NCBI GenBank assembly: GCA_029974275.1
Contig: JARKSN010000339.1
Coordinates: forward strand, 17,233 to 81,232
From: Candidatus Hydrogenedentota bacterium
Lineage (GTDB): Bacteria > Hydrogenedentota > Hydrogenedentia > Hydrogenedentales > SLHB01
Length of the DNA: 64,000 bases
Reading direction: 5' to 3'
Below, one piece after another: positions 13,039 through 21,807 of the stretch. The notes beneath the pieces are model-generated. The model saw only the letters and a program-made list of their open reading frames with translations, did no database searches and was not told the DNA's origin. Position 1 is the first letter of the stretch; each line of letters opens with the position of its first letter. Made by a program: the position numbers and the translations under genes.

Positions 13039-13473
13039 TTATGCGCGAGGCGGCTTGGACGCGTTGGGCATGCCCTGGCGCAGAGCGGCTTCTTGGACCT
13101 GTTGCGCCCGGACCACGTACACGCGCTGAAGTTCGGCCAGTATTTCGGCGAGTTGCCCAGACTCTTCGGGCGAAAGATTCCCTTCCGTTTTCTCCCGGAG
13201 CATTTGCACCGTATCGATGCAATGCTTGCTCTCCACGAGATCGACATAGACTTGTTTGCCGTCTTGCGGGCCCATCGCGCCCAAGGCAAACAGCGCCTGC
13301 GCCGCCAAGGTCTGGACAAGCCCCTGGAACAACGTCGGGGCCTCGCCGGCCTCGTCATCTCCCTCGTCCTCTGCGGGCGCTTGCTCCGCCGCCAGACGCG
13401 CCTCTTCGCGCTCCCGCTCGACTTGCGCCTTCCAGCCTTCGTCGATGAATATCTTTTTCTCTTCGTCGGCCAT
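13039..13473 (-). CDS. DUF1844 family protein
   Basis: MADEEKKIFIDEGWKAQV..., AKHCID-like segment, LREKTEGNL..EE. Confidence 0.85.
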   Translation of the reverse strand: MADEEKKIFIDEGWKAQVEREREEARLAAEQAPAEDEGDDEAGEAPTLFQGLVQTLAAQALFALGAMGPQDGKQVYVDLVESKHCIDTVQMLREKTEGNLSPEESGQLAEILAELQRVYVVRAQQVQEAALRQGMPNASKPPRA

Positions 13474-13594
13474 ACACAAGTGCCCTTTCCCTGATCGTGA
13501 GGGCGCGCCGCCCCCACAACAATGGAATCGGCCCCGAGGCATGGGGCCGATTCGGTTTTACATCACGGAAACAGGATACAGGTGGGCGCGCCCA

Positions 13595-13684
13595 TCACTT
13601 GTTCTTATGGCGATTCGCGCGACGCCTCTTCTTCCTCTTGTGTTTCGCGATCTTGGCTCGCCGCACTTTGCGTCCACCGGCCAT
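13595..13684 (-). CDS. Small basic ribosomal protein bS22 (AURKAIP1/COX24/mS38-like), 29 aa
   Basis: AAAGGAGA RBS then MAGGRKVRRAKIAKHKRKKRRRANRHKNK*; matches the K-I-x-x-H-K-R-K-K-R-x-R-x-N-R-H-K pattern; below ORF-track length cutoff. Confidence 0.85.
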   Translation of the reverse strand: MAGGRKVRRAKIAKHKRKKRRRANRHKNK

Positions 13685-13790
13685 GCACACGTCTCCTTTT
13701 CGGTTCATGCGAGGCCCCGCAGGGCCCCAATCCCTATCCGCCATCAGCTCCCGTCATGGGGCCGTCTATGCGCTCCCGCGATGCCGCGCC

Positions 13791-14240
13791 TCAGGCTTGC
13801 AGCCACTGCGCGTCGGGCATATCGTATTCGCAGCACTCATCCGGGCCAAAATAAATCGCTATCTCGCGTTCGGCCGTCTCGGGCGAATCCGATCCATGCA
13901 CCAAATTGTTCCGGGTGTTCAACCCGAAATCGCCCCGAATCGTGCCGATGTCCGCCGCCTGACAATTCGTCGCGCCGTTGATCTTGCGCACGATCTCAAC
14001 AGCCTTGGGCCCCTGCCACACCATTTGGATGGTCGGGCCAGCCGTGATGAAATCCATCAACCCAGGATAGAAGGGCTTGCCTTCATGCTCGGCGTAATGC
14101 TTCGCCGCCAGATCCCGCGACACCACCTGCATCTTCATGGCCGCGAGTCGAAGCCCTTTGGCTTCATACCGGCCGATGATCTCGCCCACAAGCCGACGAC
14201 CCACCGCATCCGGCTTGATCATCACAAACGTGCGTTCCAC
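13791..14240 (-). CDS. ndk: Nucleoside diphosphate kinase
   Basis: GTG start, ERTFVMIKPDAV, GTIRGDFG, NLVHGSDS. Confidence 0.98.
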   Translation of the reverse strand: MERTFVMIKPDAVGRRLVGEIIGRYEAKGLRLAAMKMQVVSRDLAAKHYAEHEGKPFYPGLMDFITAGPTIQMVWQGPKAVEIVRKINGATNCQAADIGTIRGDFGLNTRNNLVHGSDSPETAEREIAIYFGPDECCEYDMPDAQWLQA

Positions 14241-14891
14241 GTGACATTTCCCCGAAGCGCGCCGGCGGCGCCCCTCCCTATTCGTAGCCGCGGCAAGGCC
14301 GTATCGCCCAGGCGCCGCGCATTCCCAGACGCGTTCCCGCTCTCGCAGCGGAAAAGCGACAAGCATTCTACCAAAATACTTCTCGCGACTGCAACCTGCC
14401 GACTTGCGTCAAAAGCCAACTTCCCATGCCGTGACGCACCCGGCGGGCGCCGGCCTCTGTCGGACGCCGCACGCAGCCTGGCGCGGCGCGTAATGTTTAC
14501 GATGCAGCTTTGTAAGATGCGTAACGGCGCGGCGCCGGGAACTTTTCGCGGGCATGAAGCATTGATGCGAAGATTTCCCGAACGCGCGAATCGTGCGCAT
14601 AACGCCGCGTCCTATGGAAGGAGACCTCATTCGAATATAGCGGGCCTTGGCCCAAGCCAGGATACATCGCGGGACCGGAATATCGGCGGCAGCAGCGTCT
14701 GACCGATGGGAAGGGTTCCGCGTTTGTATTTTGGACCGGCCGCGGCAACAACCTGCGCCGTGGAATAAATGACGGCGTTACAACGTCTGATGTGGTTAAT
14801 GGCCCGGAGTCGCGGGACCAACCAAAGACAACGAAGGGCCCTGCGGTGGCGGAACAAACCCAAACCCGGCCCTGACGAAAGGATACGGATT

Positions 14892-15125
14892 ATGTCGATC
14901 TCTACGATTTTCGATCGTCTGCAACGATGGGCGTTTGCCCCGCCGCACGCGCAATGCGAGCCGATGGATGCGTCGCGCGAATGGCTCGATCCCGCAGCCT
15001 ATGCGGCGCTTGGCGTCCTCATGAACTGCGGACAACCAGGCTCCGCCTTTACGGTCGTCATGCGGCCGGATACATCGGGATTGCAGCCAAGACCCCTCGA
15101 ATACCGCGATTTCTGGAGACTCTAG
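14892..15125 (+). CDS. Hypothetical small protein (77 aa)
   Basis: GAAAGGA RBS before MSISTIFDRLQRWAF; fills gap convergent with pspF; no recognised motif. Confidence 0.45.
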   Translation: MSISTIFDRLQRWAFAPPHAQCEPMDASREWLDPAAYAALGVLMNCGQPGSAFTVVMRPDTSGLQPRPLEYRDFWRL

Positions 15126-15130
15126 TCGCG

Positions 15131-16192
15131 TCAGGAAACGTCCAAGCGGTCGCGGTGTTTGCGGTAAAGCCCCCGAAACTGGTGGTAGCTGAGTCCGAGC
15201 AGCGCGGCCGCTTTGTTTTGGTTGCGCTGCGCGCGACGCAGCGCCCGGCCAAGCAACGCAACCTCAAAATCGCGCACGGCCTCTTCAAAAGACGTGAAAC
15301 GGTCGGCAGACGCGTCTATCGAGGACGGAACCAACGGCGCGGCGGCATCTGCATGCGGCGTCCGGGGCGCATAGGGCGACTGGAACGGGTCGAAGATGAT
15401 CTCGTCGGAAGTGATGAGGGTGTCGGTGGATTTGTACACGGCGCGTTCCACGACGTTCTTGAGTTCCCGCACGTTGCCCGGCCAGGGATAGGATTCGAGC
15501 AACGCCGCGGCGGCAGGGGTGATCTCGGGCATCTCGGCCCAATCCAGTTCGTGTGCCATCCGCGCCGCAAAATGGTTCGCGAGCAACAGAATATCGTCGA
15601 CGCGAGCCCGCAGCGGCGGCAGGAACAGAACCTCGAACGACAGCCGGTCGAGCAGGTCCCGCATGAAACGGCCTTCCGCCGCCAACGCGAGGAGATCGCT
15701 GTTGGTGGCCCCGACAATGCGGACATCCGCGCGGACGGTCTCCGTGCCGCCGACGCGCTCGAAACCGCCGTATTCGACGAATCGCAGGATTTTTTCCTGC
15801 GTTTCGATGGGAATGTTGCCGATTTCGTCTAGAAAGAGGGTGCCGTTGTCGGCGGACTCGAAACGCCCGGTCCGGCGCTGGATCGCGCCGGTAAACGCCC
15901 CGCGTTCGTGGCCAAACAGTTCGGACTCGATGAGCGACGGGGCCAAGGCGGCGCAGTTGAGCGCCACCAGCGGTTCGCGCCAACGCTTTGAAAGAAAATG
16001 AAGACGCCGTGCGGCAAGTTCCTTGCCGGTGCCGCGTTCGCCGACCAGCAGGACGGGACGCTCCACGCGGGCTACCAGCGAAAGCTGCTCCTGAAAAGCG
16101 AGGAAGCTCTCGGCCTGTCCTAGGGGGTCGATAGGCGCGGGTTCGCCTGGCGAATCGGGGATGAATTCGTCGGAAGGGATCGTGGGTTTCAT
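15131..16192 (-). CDS. pspF: Phage shock protein operon transcriptional activator (sigma54 AAA+, no sensory domain)
   Basis: GERGTGKEL, GAFTGA, LFLDEIG, WPGNVRELKN, SYHQFRGL HTH; divergent from pspA operon. Confidence 0.95.
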   Translation of the reverse strand: MKPTIPSDEFIPDSPGEPAPIDPLGQAESFLAFQEQLSLVARVERPVLLVGERGTGKELAARRLHFLSKRWREPLVALNCAALAPSLIESELFGHERGAFTGAIQRRTGRFESADNGTLFLDEIGNIPIETQEKILRFVEYGGFERVGGTETVRADVRIVGATNSDLLALAAEGRFMRDLLDRLSFEVLFLPPLRARVDDILLLANHFAARMAHELDWAEMPEITPAAAALLESYPWPGNVRELKNVVERAVYKSTDTLITSDEIIFDPFQSPYAPRTPHADAAAPLVPSSIDASADRFTSFEEAVRDFEVALLGRALRRAQRNQNKAAALLGLSYHQFRGLYRKHRDRLDVS

Positions 16193-16250
16193 GGTGAATT
16201 ACGCCTCGTATGTTGGCTTATTATGCCATATATGAGCGAAAAAAACCAGA
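16191..16250. promoter_or_regulatory. Putative PspF upstream activator sites overlapping the pspF start
   Basis: Imperfect palindromes TGGTGAATTACGCC and TGGCTTATTATGCCA about 100-130 bp upstream of the sigma54 promoter; resemble enterobacterial PspF UAS as I recall it. Confidence 0.45.
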
Positions 16251-16323
16251 TTGTTTGTGAAACTTTTTTGGAAGAATGAGCATAAATCTATTATATGCAA
16301 TGGTTTATGGCTGAAGAGATGAC

Positions 16324-16340
16324 TTGGCACGCCTCCTGCG
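16324..16340 (+). promoter_or_regulatory. sigma54 (-24/-12) promoter
   Basis: TTGGCACGCCTCCTGCG, GG-N10-GC spacing, preceded by AT-rich IHF-like tract. Confidence 0.88.
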
Positions 16341-16384
16341 TAGGCAGGGATACATGCCCAGTGGCATGGAGAAGGAGTTAGGAA

Positions 16385-16906
16385 ATGAATTCGGGGACTA
16401 TGGGTTTGCAGGACAAGCGACGTTTCGTTCGCACGCCGTTCATCGGCTCGATCGTCTTGACGGGCGAGAAGCTGGATCGGTGCGAGGTGACCGTCTGCAA
16501 CGTCAGTCGCGGCGGTTTGTGCGTCGAGACGGGACATCCCCTGCATCCCGGGCAGCGGCTGTTGGCGGAAGTGCGCGAAATGGGCCTGGGCGAAGTGGTC
16601 GAGCTGAAGACGGCGGTGGCGTGGGTCGCCCCCTTTGAAGAAGCCGGCCGCACCTGGGTTGGGTTGCGCGTGCTCCACAGCGAGCCGGAATCCGTTACGG
16701 CGATGTCGACCCTGTTGCACAAGGGGTTGCATCAGTCGGGCGTCTTCACGCTTTTGGGCAGTGAAGACCCTTGCCGAGCGGAGACGCCCCAAGCGATGGA
16801 GCGAGAGGGACGCGGGAGCGGCAAAGCGGCCGGCTTCGTCACGCCCCTCGCGCACCGCGCTTGTGCGGCAATCTGCGCGATGATTGCCGGGGCCGCGCTC
16901 TCGTAG
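16385..16906 (+). CDS. PilZ-domain (c-di-GMP-binding) protein
   Basis: DKRRFVR (RxxxR) and NVSRGG (D/NxSxGG) motifs; AAGGAG RBS. Confidence 0.85.
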   Translation: MNSGTMGLQDKRRFVRTPFIGSIVLTGEKLDRCEVTVCNVSRGGLCVETGHPLHPGQRLLAEVREMGLGEVVELKTAVAWVAPFEEAGRTWVGLRVLHSEPESVTAMSTLLHKGLHQSGVFTLLGSEDPCRAETPQAMEREGRGSGKAAGFVTPLAHRACAAICAMIAGAALS

Positions 16907-16997
16907 CCGATCCTGGCTTCGCCGGATGCGTCCATATTTCCCCTAGGCGCGGCGCTCTTTCGGGAGTAGACGGCCCGTTTCGGGCAGGAGGTAGGCA

Positions 16998-17657
16998 ATG
17001 GGCATCTTTACACGTGTGCGCGACATCATCAGCTCGAACATCAACGCCATGCTCGACAAGGCTGAGGATCCGGAAAAACTGGTCAAATTGATGATCCGCG
17101 AGATGGAAGACACGCTTGTCGAAATCAAGGCGTCGTGCGCCGGGGCGATGGCGGCGAAGAAAAAGATCGTGCGCGAAGCGGAGACCGTCCGCGAACGGGC
17201 GATCGAATGGGAGAAAAAGGCCCAGATCGCCGTGGACAAAGGCCGCGAGGACCTTGCCCGCGAGGCCTTGCTCGAAAGGCGCCGGCACCGCGACCGCGCG
17301 GACGCGCTCGACAAGGAACTGGCCCATTGCGACGGCATTGTCGAGCAATACCAAGGCGACATTCTTCAACTCGAGGAGAAGCTGACCGCTGCGCGCGAGA
17401 AACAGCGCGTGCTGGTGCAGCGGCACGTCCGCGCCCAAGGTAGTCGCCGCGTGCAGTCCGACCTGCGCAAGGCCGATACCTCCGACGCCCTGTTGCGGTT
17501 CGAACACTTCGAAAATCGCATCGAGCGCATGGAGGCCGACGCCGAACTCGTGAATTTCGGCCGCAAACCGACGTTGCACGACGCATTTTCGAGGCTCGAA
17601 GGCGACGAAGAACTCGAACGCGAATTGACCGCGCTCAAACAAAAGCGGGGCCAATAG
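16998..17657 (+). CDS. pspA: Phage shock protein A
   Basis: MGIFTRVRDIISSNINAMLDKAEDPEKLVKLMIREMEDTLVE; coiled coil. Confidence 0.97.
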   Translation: MGIFTRVRDIISSNINAMLDKAEDPEKLVKLMIREMEDTLVEIKASCAGAMAAKKKIVREAETVRERAIEWEKKAQIAVDKGREDLAREALLERRRHRDRADALDKELAHCDGIVEQYQGDILQLEEKLTAAREKQRVLVQRHVRAQGSRRVQSDLRKADTSDALLRFEHFENRIERMEADAELVNFGRKPTLHDAFSRLEGDEELERELTALKQKRGQ

Positions 17658-17758
17658 CGATCGCATGGAACATCCCCTTCCATCCCAGGCCGGGCGTACG
17701 TCCCCCCGTGCGCCCGGCACCCCCCAAAACGTTTCCGCACGTGAATTGAGGTGAGAGC

Positions 17759-18058
17759 ATGATACGCGCACTGTGTTGGATCGCAACGATAGGGCTGGTT
17801 CTATTGGTGACGGGATCGGCCCTCTTTGGACTTTTATTTGCGGTGGTTGCGGCGGTTCTCGCCATTGTCTCGGCGATTATCAAAGTGACGGTCGCGTTGG
17901 TTGTAGCGGCGTCGCCGGCGCTGATTCCCGCGCTGGCGGTGGCGTTCTTGGTCTGGATCGTGTTCCGCAGCCGGAAGCCGCGTCACGATAAGCCGCGTCA
18001 CGATTATTACGATGACTGGCAGGATCGGCGTGACCGCTACGACCGGTATTGCCGATAG
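17759..18058 (+). CDS. PspG-like small membrane protein
   Basis: Hydrophobic 99 aa, LLVTGSALFGLL...LIPALAVAFLVWIV...RYDRY tail resembling PspG; GAGGTGA RBS. Confidence 0.6.
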   Translation: MIRALCWIATIGLVLLVTGSALFGLLFAVVAAVLAIVSAIIKVTVALVVAASPALIPALAVAFLVWIVFRSRKPRHDKPRHDYYDDWQDRRDRYDRYCR

Positions 18059-18218
18059 GGCCCTGTGGCGGCGGCCGCCTTTGTAGCGCCCGGTCTCCGT
18101 GCCGGGCGAGAGTATAGACAAAGGACGCCCGCACAGAGACGAGGCGCGCGAGAAGACGTCAGTTGATGGTTGGTTTATAATCGAGGCAGTGGCTGGGAAG
18201 CAGGGAGGGAGGTTACAT

Positions 18219-18452
18219 ATGCCAGAGATTACCGCCGTTGGACTTCTGGTCTTTGCCATCGCGTGCTTGTTCGTGCTCAAGCTGGTCAAAATTCTCCGGG
18301 GCGATGGCTGCGCGACGAGCGGCTCCAACGAAGACGACGCCCGGTTGGTCCAGGAAATCCACCAGGGCATGGAACGTCTCGAACGCCGCGTGGAAGCCCT
18401 CGAAACCATCCTGCTGGATTCGGCGAGGAGTGGCGGCGAAACAAGGCGTTGA
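18219..18452 (+). CDS. pspB: PspB-like protein, copy 1
   Basis: TM helix + MERLERRVEALETILLD; GGAGG RBS. Confidence 0.82.
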   Translation: MPEITAVGLLVFAIACLFVLKLVKILRGDGCATSGSNEDDARLVQEIHQGMERLERRVEALETILLDSARSGGETRR

Positions 18453-18527
18453 CCGTTGTGCAGCGCCCCAGGGCCGGTCGTTTTGATAGATCCCGGCGCC
18501 CCGCTGCAGGGAAGAAGGAGGTTTTAG

Positions 18528-18794
18528 ATGCCAGTTGGAGGAGGAGCATTGGGAGCGCTTGCCATCGAGATGTTTGCGGTCCCTGTAATGTGCTTGGCCG
18601 TGATCTGTGGGGTTGTCCTGCTGCTGGTGCGCCTTGTGCGCGGCGGCAATGCAGCGAATGCGGCGATGACCCAGGAAGAAGCGCGGATATTTCAGGAAAT
18701 GCACCATGGCATGGAACGCCTCGAACGCCGCATGGAAGCCCTCGAAACCATCCTGCTGGATTCGGCGAGGAGCGGCGACGAAACAGGGCGATGA
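18528..18794 (+). CDS. pspB: PspB-like protein, copy 2
   Basis: TM helix + MERLERRMEALETILLD; AAGGAGG RBS. Confidence 0.82.
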   Translation: MPVGGGALGALAIEMFAVPVMCLAVICGVVLLLVRLVRGGNAANAAMTQEEARIFQEMHHGMERLERRMEALETILLDSARSGDETGR

Positions 18795-18854
18795 CCAGCG
18801 CGTGACGCAGCAGGGCCGTCTTACAGGCCCGATACAGTATGAGGGAGGTTACGC

Positions 18855-19130
18855 ATGACGGCAGACGGGGGAATGGTGTTGGGATTGGGAGCGCTTGCCA
18901 TAGTCGCGGTCTTTGCGGTCCCTGTGATGTGCTTGGCCGTGATCTTTGGGTTCATCCTGCTGTTGGTGCGCTTTCTGCGCGGCGGCAAAGCAGCGAATGC
19001 GGCGATGACCCAGGAAGAAGCGCGGATATTTCAGGAAATGCACCATGGCATGGAACGGATGGCGCAGCGCATCGAGGCGCTCGAGACGATCTTGTTGGAC
19101 AAACAGCAGAAAGAGGAGGTGAGCCGATGA
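18855..19130 (+). CDS. pspB: PspB-like protein, copy 3
   Basis: TM helix + MERMAQRIEALETILLD; stop overlaps pspC start. Confidence 0.85.
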   Translation: MTADGGMVLGLGALAIVAVFAVPVMCLAVIFGFILLLVRFLRGGKAANAAMTQEEARIFQEMHHGMERMAQRIEALETILLDKQQKEEVSR

Positions 19131-19513
19131 CCCGTCAATCTCCCCGCGAAGGACGTCCCCTCTACCGTTCGCGCAACGGAATTATCTTCGGCGTGTGCCG
19201 CGGCATCGCCGAGCACCTGAACTTCAGCGTGTTCTGGACGCGCGTCATCGCGGTCCTGGGCCTGTGCTGGACAGGCGGACTCGCGGGAACCGTGTACATC
19301 CTCGCGGCGTTGCTGATGAAGCTCGAACCGGTATTGCCCATCGACAACGACGGCGACCGCGAGTTTTATCACTCGTACCTCAGTTCGCGCAATCTGGCGT
19401 TGCAACGGTTGAAGAAGACCTTCGACAGCCTCGACCGCCGCCTCCAGCGCATGGAAGACATCGTCACCGCGCGCGCCTACGATTGGGATCGCCGCCTGAA
19501 CGAGGAAAAGTGA
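19127..19513 (+). CDS. pspC: Phage shock protein C
   Basis: LYRSRNGIIFGVCRGIAEHL, RRLQRMEDIVT. Confidence 0.93.
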   Translation: MTRQSPREGRPLYRSRNGIIFGVCRGIAEHLNFSVFWTRVIAVLGLCWTGGLAGTVYILAALLMKLEPVLPIDNDGDREFYHSYLSSRNLALQRLKKTFDSLDRRLQRMEDIVTARAYDWDRRLNEEK

Positions 19514-19767
19514 ACGGCGCGGTTTCCCGGGGGCGGCGAAGCATGACAACCGCCCCGGAACGCTAAAGCGCTGCAGTTGAGTTGTAACCGTTCTTTTCCC
19601 GTAAGCGTTTTTGAAACGGCCTTTGGTGAATGGAGTGCGCCGCGCCATTTCAAAAAAAACGCCATGGAATGCGCGGCGTTGCAGCACGCGCCGTTCCGCT
19701 TGCGCACAATTCGGCAACCGGGTTGGACGCCCCTGCCCGTATGTGAGATAATGCCGTAGCTCTCTGC

Positions 19768-19844
19768 GCGCCTGTAGCTCAGGTGGATAGAGCAACGGCC
19801 TTCTAAGCCGTAGGTCGTGCGTTCGAGTCGCACCAGGCGCGCCA
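19768..19844 (+). tRNA. tRNA-Arg (anticodon TCT)
   Basis: GCGCCTG/CAGGCGC acceptor stem, TAGCTCAGGTGGATAGAGC D-arm, ACGGC-CTTCTAA-GCCGT anticodon arm, GTTCGAGTC T-loop, encoded CCA; TGGACG-N17-GATAAT promoter upstream. Confidence 0.98.
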
Positions 19845-20131
19845 GCTTTTTTCCTTGCCTGTCCTTGTCTGGGCGCCTCGCATTTAATCGGACGCATTGC
19901 TGCCATTCGGTTTACGGCATCTGCCGGGCGATCTTCCATGTGGATTGGGTCGAGCATCGCCGTCCCGGGACGGGGCGAGTTGCCCCGTGTCCGCGGTCTT
20001 CGTTACGCCACAAATGGAGCGAAGCCGCATGAAGACGGCGCGATCCATTACAGGAACAACGCCGTCGCGCTTGGTGTTATGGCCGATATAGCGTGCGAGG
20101 AAACGCGCGCATCCAAAACAGGAGATTGATC

Positions 20132-20746
20132 ATGAGTTACGAACTGCCGAAGCTGCCCTACGCGTACGATGCGTTGGAGCCCTATATTGATGCGCAAACG
20201 ATGGAGATTCATCACGCCAAGCATCACCAAGCGTATATCACGAATGGGAACAAGGCCCTCGAAGGACTGGACGCATTTGCCTCGAAGCCGGTGGAGGACC
20301 TGTTGCGCGATGTGGCGAGCGTGCCGGAGAATGTGCGCCAGGCAGTCATCAACAACGGAGGCGGTCACGCGAATCACTCGCTGTTCTGGCAGATACTGGG
20401 CAAAGGCAAGGGCGGCGCGCCCAAAGGCGAACTGGCCAAGGCGATTGACGCGGAGTTTGGCTTTTTCGACGCGTTCAAGGAGAAATTTGGGAATGCTGCG
20501 CTCACGCGCTTTGGCAGCGGCTGGGCCTGGCTGGGCGCGGGCAAGGGAAAAATCGTGTTGCTGAGCACGCCCAATCAGGATTCGCCGCTATTGCAGGGCG
20601 TTACGCCGTTTCTTGGGCTGGATGTGTGGGAGCACGCGTATTATTTGAAGTACCAAAATCGGCGCGCGGATTACATTGCCGCGTGGTGGAACGTGGTTGA
20701 TTGGGACGCGGTGACGGAATTCTATCAGGCCGCCGTTCGCGCGTAG
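20132..20746 (+). CDS. sodA: Superoxide dismutase [Mn-type]
   Basis: [36 protein letters not shown]. Confidence 0.96.
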   Translation: MSYELPKLPYAYDALEPYIDAQTMEIHHAKHHQAYITNGNKALEGLDAFASKPVEDLLRDVASVPENVRQAVINNGGGHANHSLFWQILGKGKGGAPKGELAKAIDAEFGFFDAFKEKFGNAALTRFGSGWAWLGAGKGKIVLLSTPNQDSPLLQGVTPFLGLDVWEHAYYLKYQNRRADYIAAWWNVVDWDAVTEFYQAAVRA

Positions 20747-20943
20747 CCCGGATTTCCTGCGGCGTTCCGCTTTGCCGATGCACGATGGAAAGCGCGTGTG
20801 GCAAGCGTCGTGAGTGTGTGTGTTGGCGAACACGGGCAAGACGCTATATCATGGCGCCGATCGGTGTGGCGGCATGCGGCGTGGATTCGAGACGTCTTCC
20901 CGCTGTCCGAATCAGACGAGCGATTCAAGAGCGGGGGGCAAAC

Positions 20944-21756
20944 ATGAGCGGAGGCGTTTCGGAAGGGGCGTTTGGCGTCAAGGGCGGCGTCGCGTCCGTT
21001 ACATTCCGGAAACTTGCGCCGCATAGGGTCATCGACGCGACGGTCCGGGCAGGGCTGGAGGCGATCGAGTGGGGCGGCGACGTGCATGTCCCGCCGGGCA
21101 ATGCGGCGCACGCGCGCGACATGGGGCGCGCCACGCGCGACGCGGGTCTCGCGGTTAGTTCGTACGGTTCGTATTACGTTGCGGGCGAAGGACAGGAATT
21201 CGCGCCGGTTCTGGATGCGGCCGTCGCCTTGGGGGCTCCGGTGATTCGGATTTGGGCGGGACGTCGTCCTTCCGCGGAGAGCGACGCCGGTTATCGAAGC
21301 CGCGTCGTGTGCGATGTCGCCGCGACAGCGGCGTTGGCGCATGCCGAGGGGGTCCGTATCGCTTTGGAACTGCACGGCGGCACCCTGACCGATGAGCTCG
21401 GCTCCGCACGGAACTTGCTGGAAGAAATCGCGGCGCCCAATGCAGGAACCTATTGGCAGCCGCCTGTTGGCGCGTCTGTCGAGGACGCCTTGGCGTTGTT
21501 GGGCGCACTGAAGCCGTGGCTTGTCCATCTGCATGTTTTTCATTGGAGCCCAGGAACCGAGCGCCGTCCGTTGGTCGAGGGGCGCGAACGGTGGCGGCGT
21601 TACCTGCATGCGGCGGCGGCTCCGGGCGTTCATGTCGCGATGCTCGAATTTGTGCGTGACGATTCCGAAGATCAGTTCATGCAGGACGCGGCGGTTTTGA
21701 AGGAACTGATTCGGGACGAGATGGAGTCTGGCGCGCGCCAACCGCACTTGCCATGA
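20944..21756 (+). CDS. Sugar phosphate isomerase/epimerase (xylose-isomerase-like TIM barrel)
   Basis: SVTFRKL, IEWGGDVHVP, IRIWAG, LELHGGTLTD, TYWQP, LEFV. Confidence 0.85.
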   Translation: MSGGVSEGAFGVKGGVASVTFRKLAPHRVIDATVRAGLEAIEWGGDVHVPPGNAAHARDMGRATRDAGLAVSSYGSYYVAGEGQEFAPVLDAAVALGAPVIRIWAGRRPSAESDAGYRSRVVCDVAATAALAHAEGVRIALELHGGTLTDELGSARNLLEEIAAPNAGTYWQPPVGASVEDALALLGALKPWLVHLHVFHWSPGTERRPLVEGRERWRRYLHAAAAPGVHVAMLEFVRDDSEDQFMQDAAVLKELIRDEMESGARQPHLP

Positions 21757-21807
21757 GTCATTGGCAGGAACGGTCCCCGCCGTCGTTACTCAATGCGTCG
21801 TGGCGGG

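Noticed and set aside
14241..14400. ZTP riboswitch upstream of ndk/purA (CGCCTGGGC seen on minus strand)
   Set aside because: The required 5' GACTGGCG aptamer segment is absent.
14860..14900. Hammerhead ribozyme core (CTGACGA)
   Set aside because: No stem II followed by GAAA and no flanking stems.
19768..19900. tRNA-Arg as integration site of an island
   Set aside because: No integrase nearby and no duplicate of the tRNA 3' end seen in the window; flanks are ordinary genes.
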